This document shows, in pieces, positions 25,064 through 34,558 of a stretch of DNA of 64,000 nt. The number at the start of each line of letters is the position of its first letter. Positions within the stretch are counted from its first letter, which is position 1. Source of the stretch: Dehalococcoidia bacterium (lineage in GTDB: Bacteria > Chloroflexota > Dehalococcoidia > UBA6926); assembly GCA_965214725.1 (NCBI GenBank), contig OZ243973.1, positions 896,745-960,744 of the forward strand, written 5' to 3'. Position numbers and translations under genes: made by a program. The notes under the pieces are model-generated. The model had not been told where the DNA came from. It made no database searches and saw only the letters and a program-made list of their open reading frames with translations.

Positions 25064-27634
25064 ATGCTGCCACTCACACTGACGCTGACCAATTTCATGC
25101 CGTATCGGGGCGCGCAGGAGCCCCTGATTCTGGAGGGGCTTGGTGTCGCCTGCCTCTCCGGCCCCAACGGCGCCGGAAAATCCTCCCTCCTCGACGCGAT
25201 TACATGGGCGCTGTGGGGACGATCTCGCGCAGGCGCGTCCGCGGGGCTGCTCGTCGCCGCCGGCGCGGCCGACATGAGCGTGCAGCTTGAATTCAGCTCG
25301 CACACTCTGACGTATCGGGTTGAGAGGCGGCACAGGCGGCAGGGCAAGAGCGGCAACACCACCCTCGATTTCCAGATGCGTGACGGCGAGCGGTGGCGCC
25401 CACTGAACGGACAGACTGTCTCGGAGACCAACCGCAAGATTATCGAGACCATTCGGCTCGACTATGAGACATTCATCAACTCAGCCTTTCTGGTGCAGGG
25501 CAAGGCAGACCTGTTTGTGTCTCAAACCTCCGCGGAGCGCAAGCGCATCCTCGGGGAGATCCTCGGCCTGTCCGTCTATGACAACTACGCGGAGAGGGCG
25601 CGGGGTATGGCACGAGACTTTGGCAATCAGCAGGCCATCGCCACGGGGCGGATAGGGCACATCGAGCCGGAGTTGGAGCAGGAGGAGTCGGTCCGAGCTG
25701 AACGCAACACGACGGCAGAACGCATCGGCACGTTGGGGGTTGAGCGGCAGACGGCGCGTGATGAGCTCGATCGGTTGGGTGAGCGGCTCACGGCAATGCA
25801 AGCGCGCAAGCGGGACATGGAGGAAATCGAGCGGCGGGCGGCTGAAATCACGGAGGGGATGGCCGGCCTGACGGCAGAACGCGGCACGCTGCAGGAGAGC
25901 ATCGCGGGCGCGGAATCTGTGATGGCACGCCGCGCGGACATCGAGGCGGGCAGGCAGGAGCTTGAGGAGACGCGCGCATTGTTGACTAGCCTGAGTGAAC
26001 GGTCGCGCCAGCACGCCTCGCTCACCGAACAGGCCTCGAAGCTGGAACTTGCCGCCAAAGAGGAGCAGGCGCGCCTTTCACATGCGCACGCGGCAGCAGA
26101 ACGCAGTTACAACGACATCAAGGTGCAGGTTGATCAGCTCCCCGCCCTGCAGACACAGCTGGACATGGCACAGGGCAAACAGGCCGCGCTGTCTGAACGG
26201 GAGAGCGCCTTGCAGCAACGCCGCGCAGACCGCGACGAGATGAACGGTCAGCTTTGGGAGATGCGGGCCACCCTCGGCACACTCACGGCGGAACGTGACG
26301 CGCTCGACCCGCGCATCGCGGCGCTTGACACCGGCTCAGACGCGGAATGTCCTGTCTGCGGCACGCAGTTGGGGCAGCATGGCATCGACCGCGCGCGAGA
26401 CCATTTTCAGCAGCGCAAACAGGAGTTGGACGCTCAGGTAAAGGACATCACCACGCGCGGCAAGACGATGCGCGCCGCATATGACACCCTGCACGCCGAG
26501 ATTCAGCAGGAGGAGAGTGTATTGAACGCCGCCTCCGCACGCGCAAGCAGTGACATCGGCTCGCTTGAAACCCGGATTGTGCAGGCTCAGGCGGCCGCAG
26601 ATGCTCTCCCGGCGGCTGAGAGCGGCCTCGCAGAGGCCACGAGCGCGCTCCAAGCGCTGCCGCGGGAATCAGACGACCTGCGCGCCGTCCGGGAAAAGAT
26701 GGCTGAACTCGACTATGACGCCGTGGCGCATGAGGAGGCGCAGACACGTGAAACCGCTCTGCGTCATTGGGACGATGCCCAGCGGGAGCTGGACGCCGTC
26801 TTGATCAGGGTAGATGGCGAGCACTCTCGGCTTGCCGACATAGACCGTCAGCTGCAGGAGCGCGCCACTGCGCTTAAGGCGGAGCAGGCACGCATTTCGG
26901 AGATTAGCGTGGAGATCGAGGGGCTTGACGGCCTCGCACAGCAGGCCGCGGACGCTCGCGGGACGCTCGACGGGCTGGACGCGGCGATCAACGAGACGCA
27001 GAGCGAGCAGGCCCGTCTGGATGAGCGCCTGGAGCATCTATCGAAACGCCGCGTGGAGCGTGACGAGCTGCGCAAAGTGGAACGGGGTGCCGCCCGCGGC
27101 GCGTCACTCCACAGCGATCTGGCGCACGCGTTTGGACCCAGGGGCGTGCAGGCGCTCCTTATCGAGACGGCGCGGCCGGAGATCGAGGACGATGCGAATG
27201 AGCTTCTCGGGCGTATGAGCAACGGCGCGATGACACTCCGGCTAGAAACGCAGCGCCAGACACAGGCAGGTGGAGCCGTTGAGACGTTGGACGTCATCAT
27301 CTCTGACCTGCAGGGGACGCGGCCGTATGAGATGTACAGCGGTGGCGAGGCATTCCGCATCAACTTTGCGCTGCGCATCGCGCTGTCAAAGCTGCTGGCC
27401 CGGCGCGCGGGCGCGGAGGTGCCTGTCCTGTTCATCGATGAGGGCTTTGGCAGCCAGGACGCGGAGGGGCGTGAGCGGCTCATCGAGGCAATCAGCATCC
27501 TCCGGGGCGATCCCATCTTTCAGGACGGGCTGATCCTCGTGATAACGCATATTGATGACGTGCGCAGCCGGTTTGAGACGCGCATCGATGTCACGAAAGG
27601 CGAGGACGGCTCCACCTACACCATCTCGTACTGA
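25064..27634 (+). CDS. sbcC: SbcC/Rad50-family DNA repair ATPase
   Basis: 'GPNGAGKSSLLDAITWALWG' Walker A, a long coiled-coil region, a CPVC zinc hook (26347..26358), the 'YSGGEAFRINFALRIAL' signature and 'VLFIDEGFGSQD' Walker B. Confidence 0.85.
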   Translation: MLPLTLTLTNFMPYRGAQEPLILEGLGVACLSGPNGAGKSSLLDAITWALWGRSRAGASAGLLVAAGAADMSVQLEFSSHTLTYRVERRHRRQGKSGNTTLDFQMRDGERWRPLNGQTVSETNRKIIETIRLDYETFINSAFLVQGKADLFVSQTSAERKRILGEILGLSVYDNYAERARGMARDFGNQQAIATGRIGHIEPELEQEESVRAERNTTAERIGTLGVERQTARDELDRLGERLTAMQARKRDMEEIERRAAEITEGMAGLTAERGTLQESIAGAESVMARRADIEAGRQELEETRALLTSLSERSRQHASLTEQASKLELAAKEEQARLSHAHAAAERSYNDIKVQVDQLPALQTQLDMAQGKQAALSERESALQQRRADRDEMNGQLWEMRATLGTLTAERDALDPRIAALDTGSDAECPVCGTQLGQHGIDRARDHFQQRKQELDAQVKDITTRGKTMRAAYDTLHAEIQQEESVLNAASARASSDIGSLETRIVQAQAAADALPAAESGLAEATSALQALPRESDDLRAVREKMAELDYDAVAHEEAQTRETALRHWDDAQRELDAVLIRVDGEHSRLADIDRQLQERATALKAEQARISEISVEIEGLDGLAQQAADARGTLDGLDAAINETQSEQARLDERLEHLSKRRVERDELRKVERGAARGASLHSDLAHAFGPRGVQALLIETARPEIEDDANELLGRMSNGAMTLRLETQRQTQAGGAVETLDVIISDLQGTRPYEMYSGGEAFRINFALRIALSKLLARRAGAEVPVLFIDEGFGSQDAEGRERLIEAISILRGDPIFQDGLILVITHIDDVRSRFETRIDVTKGEDGSTYTISY

Positions 27635-27707
27635 CAGCGCGCCCTCCTCATTTGTCCCGTTCATTCATCGGGCGTACAATTGGGGACAAGCGCTAGGAGG
27701 TGGCTGG

Positions 27708-28337
27708 GTGATCGAGATGACAATCGACAGGATCGGCGTCAGCCTCAACAGCTATCAGCGCGTCGTCATCCTCAAGGAACGCGATACTGAACGCCGCCTC
27801 ATCATCTGGATCGGCCCTGCCGAGGCGGAATCCATCGCCATCAAGATGCAGAACGTCCGCGTCCCGCGCCCACTCACGCATGATCTCCTCAACTCCGTCA
27901 TCCCGGAACTGGGTGGAGAGATCCGCCACGTCCTCATCTCAGAGCTCAAGGACGACACATTCTTTGCGCAGATCATTGTCCGGCATGGCGATAAGGACAT
28001 AGTGGTTGACAGCCGTCCGAGTGATGCCGTCGCCCTCGCTGTTCGCGCAGACGTTCCCATCTACGCCGCGGATGATGTCCTGTATGAGGCCGGCGTCCTC
28101 ATCAATTCAGAAACCGGGGATTACGTGTTTGCGCGGGATGCGGACGGGACAGAGCCGCGTGAGGTCACCGAGGAGGAGCTCCGCAAGCTCTCCGCGTTCA
28201 GGGAATTCGTGGAGGAGCTGGACCTTGAGGGTGATGGCGACGGCGTGTCTGACGATGAGGCAAAGAGGATGTCCGCGTTCAGTGACGCCGTGGACGAGAT
28301 CAATATGGACCTTGAGGGCGAGCAGCGGATAGACTGA
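27708..28337 (+). CDS. bifunctional nuclease family protein (DUF151/BFN) with acidic C-terminal tail
   Basis: 'VVILKERDTERRLIIWIGPAEAESIAIKMQNVRVPRPLTHDL...VVDSRPSDAVALAVRADVPIY'. AGGAGG at 27695..27700 favours GTG 27708; ATG 27717 is the alternative. Confidence 0.8.
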   Translation: MIEMTIDRIGVSLNSYQRVVILKERDTERRLIIWIGPAEAESIAIKMQNVRVPRPLTHDLLNSVIPELGGEIRHVLISELKDDTFFAQIIVRHGDKDIVVDSRPSDAVALAVRADVPIYAADDVLYEAGVLINSETGDYVFARDADGTEPREVTEEELRKLSAFREFVEELDLEGDGDGVSDDEAKRMSAFSDAVDEINMDLEGEQRID

Positions 28338-28373
28338 CGGCTGCGTAGAAGCGATTGACGCGCTTTCGCGTGT

Positions 28374-28646
28374 GTGATACCTTTCGCAAGCGGTGTCATG
28401 TCGCGTTTAACCGACAGCAGGACCATGCAGGTTGCGGTCCGGCTCCTCGGACTCGGATGGTACGTTGCCGTCTGCATCGTGCTCGGAGTAATGGGGGGCG
28501 TTTGGCTGGACGAGAGGCTGGGAGTGACGCCGCTATTCATACTACTGGGGGTGGGCGTGGGACTGATTGTGGCCGCGTGGGGCGCGTATCGCATGGCCGC
28601 GCCGCTGCTGTCACCACGGCCCACGCGAAAGGATAACGAGGCGTGA
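28374..28646 (+). CDS. AtpZ/AtpI-like small membrane protein of the ATP synthase operon
   Basis: Two hydrophobic spans ('LGLGWYVAVCIVLGVMGGVWLDERLGVTPLFILLGVGVGLIVAAWGAY'), placed immediately upstream of and overlapping atpB. Start uncertain (GTG 28374 or ATG 28398). Confidence 0.6.
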   Translation: MIPFASGVMSRLTDSRTMQVAVRLLGLGWYVAVCIVLGVMGGVWLDERLGVTPLFILLGVGVGLIVAAWGAYRMAAPLLSPRPTRKDNEA

Positions 28647-29743
28647 GTGTGCTTGCGCGGCCACGCGTGCTCTTCAGCATCATTGCCGCGCTCGTTCTAA
28701 CCGTTCTGGGGCTCCTCTACCTGAAGGGACCGCTGGAGATTCCACCCCTTCAGGTTGATCCGATTGCCGAGCCGTTTGGCTATCCACTACGGTCCACGGT
28801 GATTCAGCAGTGGATCGCGATGGCCGTTATTCTCATCATCGCCTTCATCGCCACACGGCGCATGCAGGTCATCCCCGGCCGCATGCAGGCGCTGGCGGAG
28901 ACGGTGGTGGAGGGGCTTTTGAACCTCTGTCAGGCGGCGGCCGGCGCGGCGAATGGGCGGCGGTTCTTCCCCATCGTTGCGACAATCTTCCTCTTCGTGG
29001 CCGGCGCCAACCTCCTGGGATTCATCCCCGGCACCGGCACCATCTACACGGTCATCCCGGCCGAGGAGGAGATCCACCATTATGAGGAGAAGTACTCCGG
29101 CGCGGAGCTGGACGACAAGCTCCATGACCTGCACCTCTACGTGCTTGATGCCAACTACAACTACCCCATCGGCGGGTTCGAATACGAGCTGGATGGCGAG
29201 ACAACGACGCAGTACGACATCTATGGGGATGACTGGGATGAGTTCCACGCGAACAACCCGGACCTGAACGCCGGCCACCTTATCCCGGTGCTGCGTCCCG
29301 CCAACACGGACGTCAACACGCCGTTCGCAATCGCGCTTTGGAGCGCGATCTTTGTGGAGTTCTGGGGCATCACCACCCTCGGGCTCTTCGCCTATCTTGG
29401 CAAGTTCTTCAACTTTAGGAGGCTGTTGCGCGGCAACATCGCGTTCGGCCTCATCGACGTCTTCGTCGGTATCGTTGATCTCATCTCGGAGCTGGTGCGG
29501 CTTCTCAGCTTCACCTTCCGCCTGTTCGGCAATGTCTTTGCGGGTGAGGTTCTGATTCTGATGATGTCATTCTTTGTGCCGTTGACGTTCGTCGTTGGCG
29601 TCTTCTTTATGGAGGTGTTCTTCGGCATCATCCAGGCATTCATTTTCGCCATCCTGACGCTAATCTTCGGTATCCTTGCGGTGAGCCACCACGGTGGTGA
29701 GGAGCACGGGAGCGAGGAACATGGCGAGGCGACGGCGCACTGA
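28643..29743 (+). CDS. atpB: F0F1 ATP synthase subunit a, with a large loop insertion and a His/Glu-rich tail
   Basis: Conserved 'LSFTFRLFGNVFAGEVL' with the essential Arg and 'ANLLGFIPG'. 366 aa, which is long for this family. Confidence 0.9.
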   Translation: MSVLARPRVLFSIIAALVLTVLGLLYLKGPLEIPPLQVDPIAEPFGYPLRSTVIQQWIAMAVILIIAFIATRRMQVIPGRMQALAETVVEGLLNLCQAAAGAANGRRFFPIVATIFLFVAGANLLGFIPGTGTIYTVIPAEEEIHHYEEKYSGAELDDKLHDLHLYVLDANYNYPIGGFEYELDGETTTQYDIYGDDWDEFHANNPDLNAGHLIPVLRPANTDVNTPFAIALWSAIFVEFWGITTLGLFAYLGKFFNFRRLLRGNIAFGLIDVFVGIVDLISELVRLLSFTFRLFGNVFAGEVLILMMSFFVPLTFVVGVFFMEVFFGIIQAFIFAILTLIFGILAVSHHGGEEHGSEEHGEATAH

Positions 29744-29758
29744 GGGTCGGAGAGAGGG

Positions 29759-29817
29759 TTCCCGCCTGCGCGGGAATGACGACTGTGAAGAGAGAGGATT
29801 CCCGCGCAGGCGGGAAT
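29759..29817. repeat. pair of REP-like hairpins (TTCCCGC-CTGC-GCGGGAA and its reverse complement) between atpB and atpE
   Basis: 29759..29776 and 29799..29816 are reverse complements of each other. Each is also self-complementary (7-bp stem). Confidence 0.7.
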
Positions 29818-29819
29818 AG

Positions 29820-30179
<360 letters not shown>

Positions 30180-30253
30180 AGCGGTGGCATATCAGCAGGA
30201 TTGTGTGATGTCGGCGCAGACGTTTGCAGCCGGTTGGAAGGGGGCATGAGTCG

Positions 30254-30766
30254 ATGGAAGCCATCGGATTCAACATCCCCGGGCTGATCAGCCAGTTCAT
30301 CAACTTCGGGATCTTCCTGATCTTGATGTCGCTGATTCTGTATCGGCCTGTGACGCGGATGCTTGACCAGCGCGCGGAACGCATCCGGGAGGCGCTTTCG
30401 GAGGCGGAGCGCGCGCGTGAGGAATCCGCCCGCAGCGGCGAGGAGGTCCAGCAGGCCCTCGCAGAGGCCCGGGAACGCGCTCAACAGATCATCCAGCAGG
30501 CAACGGAGACGAGCCGTCGCCAGACGGAGGAACTGCTGGCGCAGGCGCGGCTGGACGCGGAGGCCGTTGCTGAGCGTTCACGCGAGGAGCTGCGCCGCGA
30601 GGCGGCGGAGATCATCGATCGCGGCCGGCGTGAGGTGATTGATCTCTCCATCATGGCGGCCGAGCGCATCATCAACCGCTCGCTCGATCATGACGCGCAC
30701 CGGAGCCTGGTTGAGGATGTCCTGCGCGAGGCGGAGGAGATCACCTCCAACACGGGGGGCTCCTAG
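30254..30766 (+). CDS. atpF: F0F1 ATP synthase subunit b
   Basis: A single N-terminal TM ('LISQFINFGIFLILMSLILY') followed by a long charged helix. Position in the operon supports the call. ATG 30254 has an upstream GGAAGGGGG. Confidence 0.85.
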   Translation: MEAIGFNIPGLISQFINFGIFLILMSLILYRPVTRMLDQRAERIREALSEAERAREESARSGEEVQQALAEARERAQQIIQQATETSRRQTEELLAQARLDAEAVAERSREELRREAAEIIDRGRREVIDLSIMAAERIINRSLDHDAHRSLVEDVLREAEEITSNTGGS

Positions 30767-30769
30767 CCG

Positions 30770-31315
30770 ATGCCCGCAGGCGGATCAGCCCGGCGATACG
30801 CGCAGGCGGTGTTTGACATCGCCCGCGAGAATGACACGTTCGACCAGTGGCGGAACGATCTTCAGACGGTGGCGGATGTGCTCGGTTTGCCAGACGTGCA
30901 GACCTTTGTGGAATCGCCGCGCGTGTCTGTGGAGAATAAGCGGCAGCTGCTCGATCAACACCTCGGCAGCGTTGCGCCGTTTGCGCGCAACCTGGCGATG
31001 GTCTTGATACGGCGCGGCCGCTCCCACCTCGCACAGGGCATCCTTGATGGATACCTGGCGATGCTGGATACGGAGCGTGGTATCGTCGCGGCGAGTGTGA
31101 CATCGGCCGAGCCGATGGACGATGATCTGCAGGAACAGGTGCGGCAGCTGCTGAACCGCCGGGTTGGGCGAGAGCTGCGGATGTCCGTGGAGGTTGACCC
31201 GGAGATTCTTGGCGGCTTCGTCGCGCGGGTGGGAGACCAGGTTCTAGACGGAAGCACGCGCGCGCGGCTGCGCACACTGCGTGAGTGGCTGCGTGAAAGC
31301 GCGGCCACGTCCTGA
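30770..31315 (+). CDS. atpH: F0F1 ATP synthase subunit delta (OSCP)
   Basis: 'RYAQAVFDIA' N-terminus, a C-terminal 'VDPEILGGFVARVGDQVLDGSTRARL', and operon position. Confidence 0.85.
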   Translation: MPAGGSARRYAQAVFDIARENDTFDQWRNDLQTVADVLGLPDVQTFVESPRVSVENKRQLLDQHLGSVAPFARNLAMVLIRRGRSHLAQGILDGYLAMLDTERGIVAASVTSAEPMDDDLQEQVRQLLNRRVGRELRMSVEVDPEILGGFVARVGDQVLDGSTRARLRTLREWLRESAATS

Positions 31316-31395
31316 ACACGGACGCCCGTTGGCGTCTGGGCCGGGAACCAGAACAACAGACAACGATGAGGAAATAGAGACAAGGGGACTGAAAG

Positions 31396-32907
31396 ATGGC
31401 TGTTCGCGGCCAGGATATCGCGTCAATCATACGGCGTCAGATTGAGGACTTTGGGGTCTCAATTGAAACGGTGGATGTCGGTTCGGTCATACAGATCGGT
31501 GACGGCATCGCGACGGTTCACGGCCTCACCGGGGTGCGCTATGGCGAGCTGATTGAATTCGCCACGGGCGCCATCGGCATCGCGCTGAACCTTGAGGAGG
31601 AGACCGTTGGATCGGTCATCCTCGGCTCAGATGCCGGAATCCAGGAAGGGTCAGAGGTCCGCACAACGGGCCGCATCGCTGAGGTGCCCGTTGGTGACGG
31701 CATGTTGGGACGCGTTGTTGACGCGCTCGGCGTTGCCGTGGACGGCAAGGGGCCGATTCAGACAACACAGTCCAGGCCGCTGGAGAGGGTCGCGCCGAAC
31801 GTTGTGACGCGCCAATCCGTCAACAAGCCGGTGCAGACCGGCATCAAGGCGGTCGATTCCATGATCCCGGTTGGGCGCGGACAGCGGGAGCTGATCATCG
31901 GCGACCGGTCCACAGGCAAGACGGCCATCGCCATTGACACAATCATCAATCAACGCGGTGGAGACCTTATCTGCATCTACGTCGCCATTGGACAGAAGGC
32001 CTCTAAGGTGGCGCAGCTTGTGGCGACGCTTGAGCAGCATGGGGCGATGGAGCACACAGTCATCGTGACAGCCAACGCCTCAGATTCCGCGGCCATGCAA
32101 TACCTTGCGCCGTATGCGGGCTGCGCAATCGGTGAGCAGTTCATGGAGGAGGGCAAGGACGCGCTCATCGTCTATGATGATCTGTCCAAGCACGCATGGG
32201 CATATCGTGAGGTGTCCCTGCTGCTCCGGCGCCCTCCGGGGCGTGAGGCGTATCCCGGTGACGTGTTCTATCTGCATAGCCGCCTGCTTGAACGCGCCGC
32301 ACGCTTGAGTGACGAGCACGGCGGCGGCTCACTCACCGCGCTGCCGATTATTGAGACACAGGCGGGTGACGTGTCCGCCTACATCCCCACCAATGTCATC
32401 TCCATCACAGACGGGCAGATCTACCTTGAATCTGACTTGTTCAACTCCGGCATTCGTCCGGCAGTGAACGCGGGGCTGTCCGTCTCACGCGTGGGCGGCG
32501 CAGCACAGACTCGAGCGGTTCGCCGCGTGGCGGGGCGGCTGCGTCTTGACCTTGCGCAGTTCCGCAATCTGCAGGCATTCGCACAGTTCGGCAGCGGCGA
32601 TCTCGATGCCGCAACGCGCCGCCAGCTGGAACGCGGGCAGATCCTCACGGAGCTGCTCAAGCAGGGACAATATGAGCCCCTCCCCGTTGAAAAGGAGGTT
32701 GCCGTCCTGTTTGCGGCCACCCAGGGGCTGATGGATGACGTCCCGGTTGAGCAGGTGGGCGCTTTTGAACGGGCGCTGCTCGCATTCCTGGATACATCAC
32801 ACGGGGATGTCCTGACAGCGATTCGCGACTCCGGCGACCTCTCTGACGAGACGGAGCCGGCGCTGCGGACGGCGATTGAGTCGTTCAAGGAAACAGGCAC
32901 CTACTAG
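31396..32907 (+). CDS. atpA: F0F1 ATP synthase subunit alpha
   Basis: '[15 protein letters not shown]' P-loop, '[22 protein letters not shown]', 503 aa. Confidence 0.97.
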   Translation: MAVRGQDIASIIRRQIEDFGVSIETVDVGSVIQIGDGIATVHGLTGVRYGELIEFATGAIGIALNLEEETVGSVILGSDAGIQEGSEVRTTGRIAEVPVGDGMLGRVVDALGVAVDGKGPIQTTQSRPLERVAPNVVTRQSVNKPVQTGIKAVDSMIPVGRGQRELIIGDRSTGKTAIAIDTIINQRGGDLICIYVAIGQKASKVAQLVATLEQHGAMEHTVIVTANASDSAAMQYLAPYAGCAIGEQFMEEGKDALIVYDDLSKHAWAYREVSLLLRRPPGREAYPGDVFYLHSRLLERAARLSDEHGGGSLTALPIIETQAGDVSAYIPTNVISITDGQIYLESDLFNSGIRPAVNAGLSVSRVGGAAQTRAVRRVAGRLRLDLAQFRNLQAFAQFGSGDLDAATRRQLERGQILTELLKQGQYEPLPVEKEVAVLFAATQGLMDDVPVEQVGAFERALLAFLDTSHGDVLTAIRDSGDLSDETEPALRTAIESFKETGTY

Positions 32908-32946
32908 ACGGGCGGACAACGAGCAGGATCGAGAGGATAGGGAATC

Positions 32947-33825
32947 GTGCCAAATACGCGGCAGATTCGTCAGCGCATCCGGAGCGTGACAAGCACGCAG
33001 CGGATCACGAGCGCCATGGAACTCATCGCGGCGGCAAAGATGCGCCGCGCCCAACAGCGCGTTCTGGCGTCACGCCCCTATTCAACGCGCCTCCTTGACC
33101 TTATCGGGGACATCATCGCGCGGCAGAATGACACCGGGGATGACGTTCACCCCCTCATGCAGGTGCGTGAGCCGGAGAATATCGGCCTCATCTTGTTCAC
33201 GCCGGACCGTGGGCTGTGCGGCGGGCTCAACGCCAACCTGAATCGCGCCGCCCTCAGTTTCGCCCTAGAGCAGAGCAAGCCCGTCTCCCAGATATCCGTC
33301 GGCAAGAAGGGCAATGATTTCTTCACGCGGCGCGGGCGGGATATTCGCGCCGAGTTCCTGAACATGGGAGATTTCCCGGAGCCAATCGACACATCCCCCA
33401 TTGCGCGCATCGTGCTGGAGGACTATGCGGCCGGACGGCTCGATCGGGTGTATCTCGCGTATGCGACATTCGTGAATACCGCCGTGCAGGAGCCGACGAT
33501 CCGGCAGCTGCTCCCCGTTGATCCGCCCGCCGCGCCTGAGAATGGCGCAGGCGCGTCTCTTGGTGATTATGACTATGAGCCGGACGCGGCGACGGTGCTC
33601 GGCGGCCTGCTCCCCCGCTATGTGGAGATGCAGATCTATCAGGCCGCCCTCGAGAACTCCGCCTCAGAGCAGTCCGCCCGGATGGTGGCCATGCGCGCGG
33701 CGACGGACGCGGCGGGCGAGATGATTGACGCGCTAACACTTGAATACAACAAGGCACGGCAGGAGACCATCACCAGAGAGCTGCTGGACCTCGTCGGCGG
33801 CGTTGCCGCACTGGAGAAGGCGTAA
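32947..33825 (+). CDS. atpG: F0F1 ATP synthase subunit gamma
   Basis: 'IRQRIRSVTSTQRITSAMELIAAAKMRRAQ' N-terminus and 'ITRELLDLVGGVAAL' C-terminus. GTG start. Confidence 0.95.
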   Translation: MPNTRQIRQRIRSVTSTQRITSAMELIAAAKMRRAQQRVLASRPYSTRLLDLIGDIIARQNDTGDDVHPLMQVREPENIGLILFTPDRGLCGGLNANLNRAALSFALEQSKPVSQISVGKKGNDFFTRRGRDIRAEFLNMGDFPEPIDTSPIARIVLEDYAAGRLDRVYLAYATFVNTAVQEPTIRQLLPVDPPAAPENGAGASLGDYDYEPDAATVLGGLLPRYVEMQIYQAALENSASEQSARMVAMRAATDAAGEMIDALTLEYNKARQETITRELLDLVGGVAALEKA

Positions 33826-33829
33826 CCAC

Positions 33830-34558
33830 ATGCAGGGTTTGGCTGTGATGGCACCTGACCGGTTCGCAGACGCGCCAGCGCGTCTCTGCGCCGTCATCAC
33901 TGACCTGGATGGCGTGCTCTGCGATACGGAAACCGTGCTCGTCTCCGCAATCAACCGTTTCCTCGCTGAGGAGGAGCAAGCCCCGCTGACACACGATGAG
34001 GCGCGCGCGATGACCGGCCTCGATAACGATTCGTGGTGGCGGCGCATCCGTGAAATTCGCCCCACGCTCACCACCCCTCTCGATGACTATACGCACCGCG
34101 TGGATGTCATTGCGCAGTCGCTGTTCCCGACCGAGCTGGAAGTGGCAGCCGGCGCGATAGACCTGATTGCATCCATCCGCGAGACGGGCGTGCCGTTTGC
34201 ATTGGCGACGAACGCGAAGCGCGCATGGGCGCAGCAGCGCCTGGATATCATGGGCATCGCGGACGCTTTCGATGCAATCATCACGGGCGATCTGCTCTCC
34301 GCGTACAAGCCTGACCCGGAGATTTATCTGACGGCAGTGCACGCATTGGGTGTCAATCCGGCTGACACGCTCGCGATCGAGGATTCGCCGAGCGGCATCC
34401 GGGCGGCGCGTGACGCAGGGCTGTACACCATCGCTATCCGTACGCACTGGATGCGTGACATTGATCAGAGTTATGCGCATGTCATTGTCGATTCCCTGCA
34501 GGAGATTGATGTCCACGCGCTCGGTCTGAGCGTGGCACGGGAGGGGACGGCATCATGA
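33830..34558 (+). CDS. HAD-IA family hydrolase (beta-phosphoglucomutase/phosphatase-like)
   Basis: 'VITDLDGVLCDTE' motif I, 'LATNAKR', 'YKPDPEIY' and 'EDSPSGIRAARDAG'. ATG 33830 lies 4 nt after the atpG stop. Confidence 0.8.
   Translation: MQGLAVMAPDRFADAPARLCAVITDLDGVLCDTETVLVSAINRFLAEEEQAPLTHDEARAMTGLDNDSWWRRIREIRPTLTTPLDDYTHRVDVIAQSLFPTELEVAAGAIDLIASIRETGVPFALATNAKRAWAQQRLDIMGIADAFDAIITGDLLSAYKPDPEIYLTAVHALGVNPADTLAIEDSPSGIRAARDAGLYTIAIRTHWMRDIDQSYAHVIVDSLQEIDVHALGLSVAREGTAS

Noticed and set aside
27552-27707. Upstream extension of the DUF151 nuclease ORF
   Set aside because: It overlaps the sbcC 3' end. AGGAGG at 27695..27700 and the start of the conserved BFN fold support GTG 27708 or ATG 27717.
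33740-33829. Upstream extension of the first HAD ORF
   Set aside because: It overlaps the conserved C-terminus of atpG. ATG 33830 follows a GGAGAAGG SD-like sequence, and the HAD motif I lies shortly downstream of it.
33770-34516. 248-aa minus-strand ORF
   Set aside because: It is antisense to the first HAD gene, which has all HAD motifs and is start/stop-coupled to its neighbours.
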